This document shows, one piece after another, positions 52,496 through 64,000 of a stretch of 64,000 nucleotides of DNA. Each line of letters opens with the position of its first letter. Positions within the stretch are counted from its first letter, which is position 1. The notes under the pieces are model-generated. The model was not told the origin of the DNA. It made no database searches and saw only the letters and a list, made by a program, of their open reading frames with translations. The translations under genes and the position numbers were made by a program. The DNA is from Octopus sinensis (lineage: Eukaryota): contig NW_021833016.1 of assembly GCF_006345805.1 (NCBI RefSeq), positions 28,254 through 92,253 of the forward strand, in the 5' to 3' direction.

Positions 52496-55417
52496 AAAAA
52501 AGTGATATAACTGAGCTAAATAACCTAATATACGCAGCAGCCACTGCAGCCACAAAAGAAGCTGGATACTCACCCAAACCCGCCCAAACAGGAGTACCAC
52601 CACCCAAACAAACCCTGTGGATAAAAAACATCCAAAGCAAAATAAAAAAATTAGAAAAGACCTGTCGATTCTTAATGAAATCAGCAAACAATCAACGCTA
52701 CTGAGCAACAAAAAGAGAACAGAAATACTCCGCAAATATAACATCACGGAGAAAGATTTCCCTGAAATAAAAGAAAAGCTGAAGCAAGATATTCTTGCCA
52801 AAGCACAAAGGATCCGCCGGTACAAGAAACGCCAACGCTTCTTTGAACAAAACAAAAACTCTAACCCCAAAAAGTTCTACCAAGAACTGGGAAAAATAAA
52901 ATAGAAGTCACTGCAGCACCAACGGCAGAAGAATTGGAAGAATTCTGGGGAGAAATATGATCGGCGAACGAACAACCAAAAAAAAGGAGTATCAAAATAA
53001 CAAACTCGGCATCTGAACAACTTTGGACCCCCATAACAACTGAAGAGGTCACCCAGGCACTGCAAAGACTAAGCAACTGGGAGGCACCTGGGCATGACAA
53101 GATCCCCAACTTCTGGTTGAAATATCTAACAGGAATGCACAAAAAGCTGGCTGAAAACTTTAACAACGTACTAGCAGAGCCAGAGACAATGCCTGAATGG
53201 CTCACGAAGGGGAAAACCATCTTAATTCCCAAATCAAATGAAATAGAAAAACCAGAAAACTACAGACCAATAACCTGCCTCCCTACTATGTTCAAGGCAT
53301 TTACTGCAGTGATATCACAAAGGCTGAACAAGCACCTGGACGAAAACAAACTGTTCCCAGAAGAGCAGAAAGGATGCCGCAAAGGCTCATATGGCTGTAA
53401 AGATCAACTAATGATTAATAAAGCCATAACTGAAGACAGCCACAGAAAGAAGAAAGGCCTCAGTATGGCCTGGATTGATTACAAAAAGGCGTTTGATAGC
53501 ATCCCCCACACATGGATCCTCGAAACACTAGCCATTAACAAAGTCGCACCAACAATCATAAAATTCATAGAGCACTCTATGAATAAATGGCAAACAAAAG
53601 AGGGACTCATGAAAACCAAAGACATCCCCATCAGAAGAGGAATATTCCAGGGAGACACGCTCTCTCCACTCCTTTTCTGCTTGGCACTGTCACCTCTATC
53701 TGATATGCTAAATAGAACTGGATGCCGATATAAATGTTACGGCAAAACGATCAGCCACCTTTTATATATGGATGACCTAAAACTATACGCTGCAAATGAC
53801 AAACAGCTGGAAACACTATTAAAGACAGTTCATGGATTTACCAAAGAAATAGATATGAAATTTGGATTAGAAAAATGCGCCAAAGTAACCATGAAAAGAG
53901 GAAAACTAGTTAAGAGTAACAACATCACACTAGATAAAACCAATGAAATAAAAGAATTAGATCAAAGCCAAACTTACAAATACTTAGGAATCCATGAACT
54001 AGATAAGACACAACACACACAAATGAAAGAGAAAATAAAAAAAGAATATTATAGACGAGTTAGATCAATACTAAAAACAGAGCTCAATGCTAAAAACAAG
54101 ATAATAGGTATCAACACTTTAGCTGTCCCAGTTATAAGTTACAGCTACAATATCCTTAACTGGACACGAAATGAACTGACCAAAATAGATAGGAAAACAA
54201 GAAAAATAATGACAGGATCTAGGATGCATCACCCAAAATCTGACATAGAAAGACTATATATACAACGTATAGAAGGTGGTAGAGGCCTTATACAGCTGGA
54301 AAACTACTATAAAATAACCACCATAGGACTGCAAAAATATCTACTACAGAAGGAAGGAAAACTGATCCAGATAGCGGCAAAACACGAGCAAAACAAAAAA
54401 CTGTTCTCAGTATTTAAGGAAGCTGACAAATACAAACAAGAAATCATACCACCTAATAAACATGAAGAAGAAGAAGGAGATGAAGAAACAACAAAAGCTA
54501 TAAAACAAATGAAACCCAAACTAAAAATAGAACAGCAACGAACCATAATAAAACGATGGCAAGAAAAGCCCCTTCATGGTAAATACTGCACTAAACTAAA
54601 CGCAAAAGAAATAGACAAAGAAAAATCCCAGCAATGGTTGAGAAGCTCAGGACTCAAAGCAGAAACAGAGGGATTTTTAATTGCAGCACAAGACCAAAGC
54701 CCACCAGAAATTACCAAAAACATGTAATGAAAAGAAATATTACAAGTAACTGCAGAATATGTGGAGATGGACAAGAAACAATAAATCATATTATCTCTAG
54801 CTGCCCAGTCTTGGCTAAGGAGGAATATATTCACAGACATGACAGAGTTGGAACCTACATACATTGGAAGCTATGCCAACATTATGGAATAACAACAGAA
54901 AAAAGATGGTATAGGCACCCACCAGAAAAGGTCACAGAAAACGAGAAAGCAACCATACTCTGGGATATGCCGATACACACAGATAGAGAAATTAAGGCCA
55001 ACAGACCAGATATAGTTGTCAGAGATCATGAAGAAAAAAAATTCTTTCTAATTGATGTATCAATACCGGCTGATGACAACGTGTCTCTAAAAGAAATGGA
55101 GAAACTCTCAAAATACAAAGACCTAGAAATAGAGGTAACTAGAATGTGGAATCTGAAAACAGAAACAATTCCTATCATAGTAGGTGCATTAGGCATGATA
55201 AAAAAATATTCAGACAAATACATAACAAAAACACCAGGACTTACAAACACATATAACAAACAGAAAATTGCACTACTAGGCACTGCACACATCCTACGCA
55301 GAACACTTTCCATACAATAACCATCAGAGCATCACAACAAATCACAGCACATACCCAAGGCACACAGAGCTGTGCTCGGTAGTGAAGTGAAAGCACGCTA
55401 TAAAAATAAAACTACTG
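52496..55417 (+). mobile_element. Dong-like family A, 5'-truncated, young copy (RT + CCHC + RLE)
   Basis: ORFs 53117-54727 (RPITCL, AWIDYKKAFD, RGIFQGD, YMDDLK, YKYLG) and 54634-55320 (CCHC, RPDIV, IDVSIP); (TAA)n on both flanks. Confidence 0.97.
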
Positions 55418-55456
55418 AATAATAATAATAATAATAATAATAAAAATAATAATAAT

Positions 55457-56005
55457 AGATGCAGTACAAGGCAGTGGCCCTCATGGCTTCTGATTTTAAC
55501 TGATTGGAAGTGTTATCATGTACATTGTTTTGTCTTGTTATAAAAGATGGTCTACAGCAAATATTCTGCTCAATACCACAGATTTGCTTGTCAGTTTTTT
55601 GACCTTAACCACTTGAGCATGTCTCTTAATGGCTGACGATATGTGCATCGCTGATCACGTGCAGAAGTAGTGTGGGAGCATCATAGCCATGTGTTGAGAG
55701 GGATCCTTTGGGGTTTGAATAATTCACCTCTGGAAACATGGGTGTTTCGTTCAACATCCTTAAACAACCCTTATTCAGGAATCTTTTGAGTGGGATGGGT
55801 TACTCGACCAGAAGAAAATTCTAACTGGGCTCCACCTGCAAGGTCATGTGCTGTTTATCTTGATATGAGATCACCATGTCGCGCACATATGGTAGTGATG
55901 CATATGCTTTGTGTACACTTATCAGACAAGTAGTCATGATGGGTATACTGGGCTTCGGATATCTGTACCTCAGTGCCACTTTGGTGGCATACGCTGCTCT
56001 TTCAC
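55457..56005 (+). repeat. Non-coding interspersed element ending in a (TAA)n tail, unclassified
   Basis: Unique 550 bp between two (AAT)n tracts, no protein motif. Confidence 0.45.
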
Positions 56006-56035
56006 TCAATAATAATAATAATAATAATAATAATG

Positions 56036-56074
<39 letters not shown>

Positions 56075-56221
56075 TAATAATAATAATAATAACAACAACA
56101 ACAACAACAACACAACAACAACAACAACAATAATAATAATAACAACGACAACAATAAAAAAATAATAAAAACAACAACAAGAATAATAATAATTACAACA
56201 ACAACAACAATAATAATAATA

Positions 56222-56400
56222 ATAGCATTAACAAGCTTCCTAACTGAATTAGAGACTGACCTAATTAAACAATCAGTAAGGGATAAAAGCATGAATTTAC
56301 AGCTGAAGAAGATACTACAGAGGAAATAATTACAGACCAACCCAAGACTTATGAAAATACAGACTTATGAAAATGATAAAAAGAGTCAATATAACTGATA
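56222..56400 (+). mobile_element. Dong-like family B N-terminal fragment
   Basis: Homologous to 48800-48960 (GAAGATACTACAGAGGAAATAATT shared). Confidence 0.6.
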
Positions 56401-57099
56401 AGCAAAGTGAAATACTGTGGACATGTTGTAACGTTATTGAACCATTGCCGAGTGAGAGGCCTTTCCTTAAAGGTCTAGCATCATTAGTTGTATTGTATCA
56501 GTCCGTTTTGTTATGGGATTTTCTTTGAGTCTTCTGCTGGATTAGATTTATATTGACGGGTATCGGCCTTCTATGGCACATGCTGTTGGTTTTGTTCATT
56601 TTGTTGTGTATTCTTGTATGTTTTTTGAGGGGCCTTGCATAGTAGTGTGTTGTAACTCATAAATCAACTATTTTAGTGTATTCCTGATTATCCCTCCGCC
56701 GTTCTTTTGCTTGGTTTTGTTATGGGTTCCAATGATTATTATTATTATCAATGATATTAATACGCTATCTTTTCTTTTCTGCGTACATGTTGTATGTGTC
56801 ACACTTCAAAGATCTGGAAAAGCGAGAGAGAGGAAGACAGAGGAAGTAAGAGAGAGAATGAGAGAGAACGAGAGAGAACGAGAGGGAATGAGAGAGTGTG
56901 AAAGAGGCAGTGATTGGTGACGGCGTTCGATTTGTGTTTTCATAGAGGAAGCAAGAGAGAAAGAGAGAGAGAATTTCTTTATTAATCATAAGGTTGAGGA
57001 AAAGAGGGAATGATACGAGGACAAACAAAACAAACATTGGGGTCAGGGTATCGAGTGAGATGAAACGTATCAATAAACAAACAATTAAAATATGTACAA

Positions 57100-58060
57100 T
57101 TAAATAAGAATGAGTGATTTACAAAAAATGAAGCGGAAGACACGGTCGAACTCACAAACCACATACTTACACTGAAGACTTTGTTTTCTTCTTTTTATAT
57201 TCTCGTTTAAACAGTTTCTTTCACTCTCAACATACTTGCTGTGGACTTCCATCATTTACGAAACACACTTTCCGACAGACACTTTCTCTGCAGCCTTATT
57301 TTCCGTTTCATGTGGAAAACGAAAAGGTCGATTAGCTCGAGATTGGAGATGAACATGCCTGTAGCAATTCCTTTCCCTCTCGTCTTCCATACAACCTCTT
57401 TCGCAACAGCAACTACCGAGAGAAAACAGGCTTGTTCCTCCCTACACAGGGAGGTCGGCGGAACGATCTTAATTACAGATTCGCTAGACAGTTGTACTCT
57501 TCTCGAATGCGACAGCAGGTTTTCGACATAAGCCCAGAGCTCAGTCACCTTGGGGCATTGCACAATCGCGTACTGGACAGTTCCACTATCCTGCTCGCAT
57601 CTTGCACAAACCGGTGAAGGTGCACACCCATGTCTAAAGAGCTTAACTCGAACCGGTAAAGCTCCTCTGTAACATTGCCAGGCCAGGGACTTTTGGTAAT
57701 TATCCATAGACCTCGGCCCAAATGTTCTTTGAAACAGGTTGGCCAGTTGATCTTCGTCGAAGCCTAGGTTTCTCCAAGGACGTCGTTACACTTGAACTAT
57801 AATAACCCTCTGTAGAAGAACAAGGTAGTACCCCTGCCGGCGTTGCCCGACTGGGAGAGAAACACGAGTGCCTGATGGCACTCTGCATGCCACACGCCCA
57901 ACCTCAGTCTACACTTGATCCATGGATTCACTTTGGTAAACGATGTGAACTGTGGAAATAACAGCTTGACTAACGGAGACCACACCTGCTCACCATCCAG
58001 GTAAAGCCAGAGATGCCTCAGCCTGAGCGCATCAGTGATAAAACAACAAGTAGGAAGAGA
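57100..58060 (-). mobile_element. Tx1/L1-like LINE 3' fragment
   Basis: ORF 57252-57707: WQCYRGALPVRVKLFRHG...CARC...AIVQC. Confidence 0.75.
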
Positions 58061-58139
58061 AAGAGAGGTGAAAATTTCGTTGTAGACTATCTGATACTTA
58101 CTGTCTGTCTGTCTGTCTGTCTGCATCTCTCTCTCTCTC

Positions 58140-58173
<34 letters not shown>

Positions 58174-58339
58174 AGTATGTGTTTGTGTATGTGTGTGCAT
58201 GTATGTGTATGTTTGTATGATTGTGCGCTGGATCTCTCGGCATACCAGCAAACCAGAATATCGCACCAGCCTGCATCACTACCTCCAATCCCATCATGTA
58301 TGTATGTATGTATGTATGTATGTATGTATGTATGTATGT

Positions 58340-58460
58340 ATGTATGTATGTGTGTGTGTGTATTTGTCCCACCACCACCATTGCTTCACACCGATGTTGG
58401 TGCGTTTGCGTCTCTGTAATTTAGCTGTTCACCAGAAGAGACTGATAGAATAAGCACCAT
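58340..58460 (+). mobile_element. SINE fragment (3' half)
   Basis: Diverged reverse complement of 4385-4480. Confidence 0.5.
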
Positions 58461-58509
58461 TTTTAAAGTTTTCCGTTAATTTTTCACGGGTCCAACTCAT
58501 TATTAGTGT

Positions 58510-58558
<49 letters not shown>

Positions 58559-58601
58559 TAATAATAATAATAACAATAATAATAATAATAATAATAATAA
58601 C

Positions 58602-58637
<36 letters not shown>

Positions 58638-58656
58638 TATTATTATTATTATTATT

Positions 58657-61600
58657 CAGTAGTTTTATTTTTATAGCGTGCTTTCACTTCACTACCGAGC
58701 GCAGCTCTGTGTGCCTTGGGTATGTGCTGTGATTTGTTGTGATGCTCTGATGGTCATTGTATGGAAAGTGTTCTGCGTAGGATGTGTGCAGTGCCTAGTA
58801 GTGCAATTTTCTGTATGATATATGTGTTTGTAAGTCCTGGTGTTTTTGTTATGTATTTGTCTGAATATTTTTTTATCATGCCTAATGCACCTACTTTGAT
58901 AGGAATTGTTTCTGTTTTCAGATTCCACATTCTAGTTACCTCTATTTCTAGGTCTTTGTATTTTGAGAGTTTCTCCATTTCTTTTAGAGACACGTTGTCA
59001 TCTGCCGGTATTGATACATCAATTAGAAAGCATTTTTTTTCTTCATGATCTCTGACAACTATATCTGGTCTGTTGGCCTTAATTTCCCTATCTGTGTGTA
59101 TCGGCATATCCCAGAGTATTGTTGCTTTCTCGTTTTCTGTAACCTTTTCTGGTGTGTGCCTATACCATCTTTTTTCTGTTGTTATTCCATAATGTTGGCA
59201 TAGCTTCCAGTGTATGTAGGTTCCAACTCTGTCATGTCTGTGAATATATTCCTTCTTAGCCAGGACTGGGCCTCTAGAGATAATATGATTTATTGTTTCT
59301 TGTCCATCTCCACATATTCTGCAGTTACTTGTAATATTTCTTTTCATTACATGTTTTTGGTAATTTCTGGTGGGGAGGCTTTGGTCTTGTGCTGCAATTA
59401 AAAATCCCTCTGTTTCTGCTTTGAGCCCTGAGCTTCTCAACCATTGCTGGGATCTTTCTTTGTCTATTTCTTTTGCGTTTAGTTTAGTGCAGTATTTACC
59501 ATGAAGGGGCTTTTCTTGCCATCGTTTTATCATGGTTCGTTGCTGTTCTATTTTTAGTTTGGATTTCATTTGTTTTATAGCTTTTGTCGTTTCTTCATCA
59601 TCTTCTTCTTCTTCTTCTTCTTCGTGTTTATTAGGTGGTATGATTTCTTGTTTGTATTTGTCAGCTTCCTTAAATACTGAGAACAGTTTTTTGTTTTGCT
59701 CGTGTTTTGCTGCTATCTGGATCAGTTTTTCTTCCTTCTGAAGTAGGTATTTTTGCAGTCCTATGGTGGTTATTTTATAGTAGTTTTCCAGCTGTATAAG
59801 GCCTCTACCACCTTCTATACGTTGTATATATAGTCTTTCTATGTCAGATTTTGGGTGATGCATCCTAGATCCTGTCAGTAATTTTCTTGTTTTCCTATCT
59901 ATTTTGGACAGTTCATTTCGTGTCCAGTTAAGGATATTGTAGCTGTAACTTATAACTGGGACAGCTAAAGTGTTTATACCTATTATCTTGTTTTTAGCAT
60001 TGAGCTCTGTTTTTAGTATTGATCTAACTCGTCTATAATATTCTTTTGAATATGGATTCCTAAGTATTTGTAAGTTTGGCTTTGGTCTAATTCTTTTATT
60101 TCATTGGTTTTATCTAGTGTGATGTTGTTACTTTTAACTAGTTTTCCTCTTTTCATGGTTACTTTGGCGCATTTTTCTAATCCAAATTTCATATCTATTT
60201 CTTTGGTAAATCCATGAACTGTCTTTAAAAGTGTTTCCAGCTGTTTGTCATTTGCAGCGTATAGTTTTATGTCATCCATATATAAAAGGTGGCTGATCGT
60301 TTTGCCGTAACATTTATATCCGCATCCAGTTCTATTTAGCATATCAGATAGAGGTGACAGTGCCAAGCAGAAAAGGAGTGGAGAGAGCATGTCTCCCTGG
60401 AATATTCCTCTTCTGATGGGGATGTCTTTGGTTTTCATGAGTCCCTCTTTTGTTTGGAGATGTAGGACTGTTTGTCATTTATTCATAGAGTGCTCTGTGA
60501 ATTTTATGATTGTTGGTGCTACTTTGTTAATGGCTAGTGTTTCAAGGATCCATGTGTGGGGGATGCTATCAAACGCCTTTTTGTAGTCAATCCAGGCCAT
60601 ACTGAGGCCTTTCTTCTTTCTGTGGCTGTCTTCAGTTACGGATTTATTAATGATTAGTTGATCTTTACAGCCATATGAGCCTTTGCGGCATCCTTTCTGC
60701 TCTTCTGGGAACAGTTTGTTTTCGTCCAGGTGCTTGTTCAGCCTTTCCGATATCACTGCAGTAAATGCCTTGAACATAGTAGGGAGGCAGGTTATTGGTC
60801 TGTAGTTTTCTGGTTTTGCTGTTTCATTTGATTTGGGAATTAAGATGGTTTTCCCCTTCGTGAGCCATTCAGGCATTTTCTCTGGCTCTGCTAGTATGCT
60901 GTTAAAGTTTTCAGCCTGCTTTTTGTGCATTCCTGTTAGATATTTCAACCAGAAGTTGGGGATCTTGTCATGCCCAGGTGCCTTCCAGTTGCTTAGTTTT
61001 TGCAGTGCCTGGGTGACCTCTTCAGTTGTTATGGGGGTCCAAAGTTGTTCAGATGCCGAGTTTGTTATTTTGATACTCCTTTTTTTTGGCTGTTCGTTCG
61101 CCGACCATATTTCTCTCCAGAATTCTTCCAATTCTTCTGCCGTTGGTGCTGCAGTGAATTCTATTTTATTTTTTCCCAGATCTTGGTAGAACTTTTTGGG
61201 GTTGGTGTTGAACTTTTTGTTCTGTTCAAAGAAGCGTTGGCGTTTCTCGTACCGGCGGATCCTTTGAGCTTTGGCAAGGATATCTTGCTTCAGCTTTTCT
61301 TTTATCTCCGGCAAATCTTTTTCTGTGATGTTATATTTGCGGAGCATTTCTGTTCTCTTTTTGTTGCTCAGTAGCGTTGATTCTTTGCTGATTTCATTAA
61401 GAATCGACAGGTCTTTTCTAATTTTTAAAATTTTGTTTTGGATGTTATTTATCCACAGGGTTTGTTTGGGTGGTGGTACTCCTGTTTGGGCGGGTTTGGG
61501 TGAGTATCCAGCTTCTTTTGTGGCTGCAGTGGCTGATGCGTATATCAAGTTATTTAGTTCAGTGATATCACTTTTTTTTGTTTCAGTGGCTAGTTCAGTG

Positions 61601-62590
61601 ACGGCTAGGTTTATGCTGTTTATAATTGGTGTTGTTATTTCGTTTATTTTTATTCTTGGGAGGTATGGTCGGTGGTCCATTTTGGGCTCTGTGGTTTTCA
61701 GTTCTAAGATTATTTTATTTTTTATATTATCATAATCATTAGGCTCCCCTTCGTTGTTTACATCGTGTTTGTTGGGAATGTTGCGTTTGTCTTCGTGTTT
61801 TATAGTTTCAGTGTTTATATTATTGGGCATTGTTGTGTGGCTTCTATCTACATTTTCCTGGTGTATTTTTTCTTTTAGGATGTTCTATTTCTATTTCTGA
61901 TATTTTTTTGTGTTGAGAATGCATCTTCGTACGTTAGCTAATTTATTAGGGTTCATTGCTGTATCCAAGTCTATATCTCTATTATTTTCCTTCCATATTT
62001 TATATGTATGTGTTGTTGTATTTTCATTTTTGGGGTAGAGTACTGCTGTGTAGTATGCGTGTAAGATAGAAATGTATTCCTCACGTGTCCATTTACGTCT
62101 TTTGGGTTTTATTTGCGGGACATGAGGTACAACGTCCGGCCCATTATTTTGACGGTCGTCATTTTCGTAGGGTACCGGTCCGTTTATTTCTGTTGTCACA
62201 TTATTTCGCACGTGTAGTTTTTCGTACATTTTTTGTTGTAGGCTTAATGTACGTACCGCTCGATTGTTATTCTTGGGTTGAATAGTATCGGTGGCATTTA
62301 ATTTCTTCGTAGTTCCTTTGTACATGGTGTTTGAGGTTGGGGATGATCGTGATGTTCCACGCATGTTTATATGTTTTGCGTTAGAGGTGGAGATAATATC
62401 GAGTCAAAATACATCATTTCGTTTCGAAAATAGTATTAAATTTCAATTAGTATTACTTACTCGGATACAGTCCAATTCTTTGTTAGCAAAACTTTGGCTC
62501 CATAGGATGTCCTTGTTTTCGATGTTTGTGGATAGATTTCGGAGCTCTGAATTTTCCTTCTTACACCTTAAACGTCCCCCGGTGTAATCC
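58657..62590 (-). mobile_element. Dong-like family A, near full length (3.9 kb), ORF broken by few lesions
   Basis: Segments 61891-62364 (KRRKWTREEYISILHAYY, Myb-like N-terminus), 60475-61830, 60013-60438 and 58754-59863. About 225-bp 5'UTR; (AAT)n at both ends on the sense strand. Confidence 0.97.
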
Positions 62591-62657
<67 letters not shown>

Positions 62658-62687
62658 CATTATTATTATCATCATCATTATTATTAT

Positions 62688-62858
62688 TACTCTTTACTCT
62701 TTTACTTGTTTCAGTCATTTTAATCGAGCAATTCGACCCTGGGACTTATTCTTTTGTAAGCCCAGTAATTATTCTATCGGTCTCTTTTGACATAAACACA
62801 CCAGCATCGGTTGTCAAGCAATGCTAGGGGGGCAAACACCGACATACAAGCACACACA

Positions 62859-62897
<39 letters not shown>

Positions 62898-63041
62898 GAC
62901 GGGCTTCTTTCAGTTTCCGTTTACCAAATCCACTCACAAGGCTTTGGTCGGCCCGAGGCTATAGTAGAAGACGCTTGCCCTATAGTAGAAGACGCTTGGG
63001 ACTGTGTGGTAAGCTACTTACCACACAGCCACTCCTGCGCC
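62688..63041 (-). mobile_element. tRNA-derived SINE with internal deletions, inside a (TAA)n tract
   Basis: Same family as 37251-37602; short tandem duplication CTATAGTAGAAGACGCTTG. Confidence 0.85.
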
Positions 63042-63106
<65 letters not shown>

Positions 63107-63107
<1 letters not shown>

Positions 63108-64000
63108 TCAAACAATTCTCGTATTTTTCTGTCAAAATTACATATTTCAGTAACTGACCAGTTAATGATTTGAAACTGTAAGTCACGACCGGTATGGCTA
63201 AAGTATTGATCGCTTCGATCCTGTTTCTTCTATTCAGTTCTGTCTTGAGTATTGTCTTTACCTTGCGATAACATTCTCTTCTGATCCTTTTCTGCATTAT
63301 TCAATGCAGGAAACACAGCTGTTTACATCCTTTTTGCTCATTAGGGAATATCCCACTTTAAAAGACTCTAGGTATATTCAGTCAAGGCATGTTGTTATTT
63401 TATACATTGTTGTTAAGCAGGTGATGGGTCTATAATTGTTTGGTTTATTTCATTCGTGATTTTTTGGAAGGAAGGAATCATACTAGGCTGTTTCAAAACA
63501 TTGTTGTAAAGCTTTCTTAGCAGTTCGTAGCTCTCTGGGAATGCACTCAACAAGAAATTAGGAATTTTATCCTTTCCTGGAGACTTACATTAGCTTAACT
63601 TTCTGAGAGCAGATCTTACATTCTCCATCTTGACACCCTCCCACTTTTGCTCTTCTAAGGAATCTAAGTTTGTACATATTCTATCAATCCAAGGGGACTT
63701 TCATTGTGTGTTATTCCTCTGCCCAAATTTTATTCCAAAATTCCTGTACTTCTTTTGGTGGGACAGACTTCACTGTAACTGGTACTTTCCCTATCTTCCT
63801 TAAAACTGCTTTGGGTTATTTCTAAACATGTTGTTGTCCTAGAAGAATCTAACGCGCTTTTCATACCTTGCTATACGGCAGCTTTAGCACATACCTTTTG
63901 CTTGATAGTTTCTATGGTGGTATCGATGTCAAGTATGCTTTTCATATTATGTTCTTTCTTTTTAAGTTTCGGATTTGATAGTCTTGTCAAACTTAAGATT
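63107..64000 (-). mobile_element. Dong-like family B fragments, running off the window edge
   Basis: ORF 63103-63297 (AINTLAIPVVTYSF); 63300-64000 is homologous to 7361-7930. Confidence 0.8.

Noticed and set aside
55026-61735. Antisense ORFs over the LINEs and mariners (for example 55026-55313, 58761-59048, 61271-61735)
   Set aside because: They are shadows of the transposon coding strand, duplicated only because the elements are duplicated.
62365-62590. HDV-like ribozyme in the Dong 5'UTR
   Set aside because: Only a 7-bp hairpin (TTACACC/GGTGTAA) is visible; I could not build the nested double pseudoknot.

Overview
This is AT-rich animal genomic DNA, not prokaryotic. It is most likely an octopus-type cephalopod, inferred from the (TA)n/(TAA)n load and a tRNA-derived SINE I recall from Octopus; I could not check this against a database. 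Most of the window is transposon debris: at least 15 R4/Dong-like RLE non-LTR retrotransposon pieces tied to (TAA)n tracts (one near full length), two Penelope-like elements (RT + GIY-YIG) plus remnants, three mariners (one with an intact DD34D ORF), two Helitrons, Tx1/L1, CR1-like and hAT fragments, SINEs and MITE-like repeats. Only two host exons are supportable, both on +: a terminal C-type lectin exon (12763-12995) and a signal-peptide + PAN/apple-like exon (38812-39024). The most notable unannotated signal is a set of small hammerhead-ribozyme-bearing units next to (TA)n tracts. Three hammerheads are near-canonical (27342-27393 +, 37978-38060 -, 38347-38409 +) and several more are degenerate. 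Two sit in longer-than-unit tandem copies (558-nt and 470-nt periods), which suggests retrozyme-like or Penelope pseudo-LTR-derived elements, possibly copied from circular RNA. All motifs were read by eye, boundaries are approximate unless stated, and no folding or search was run.
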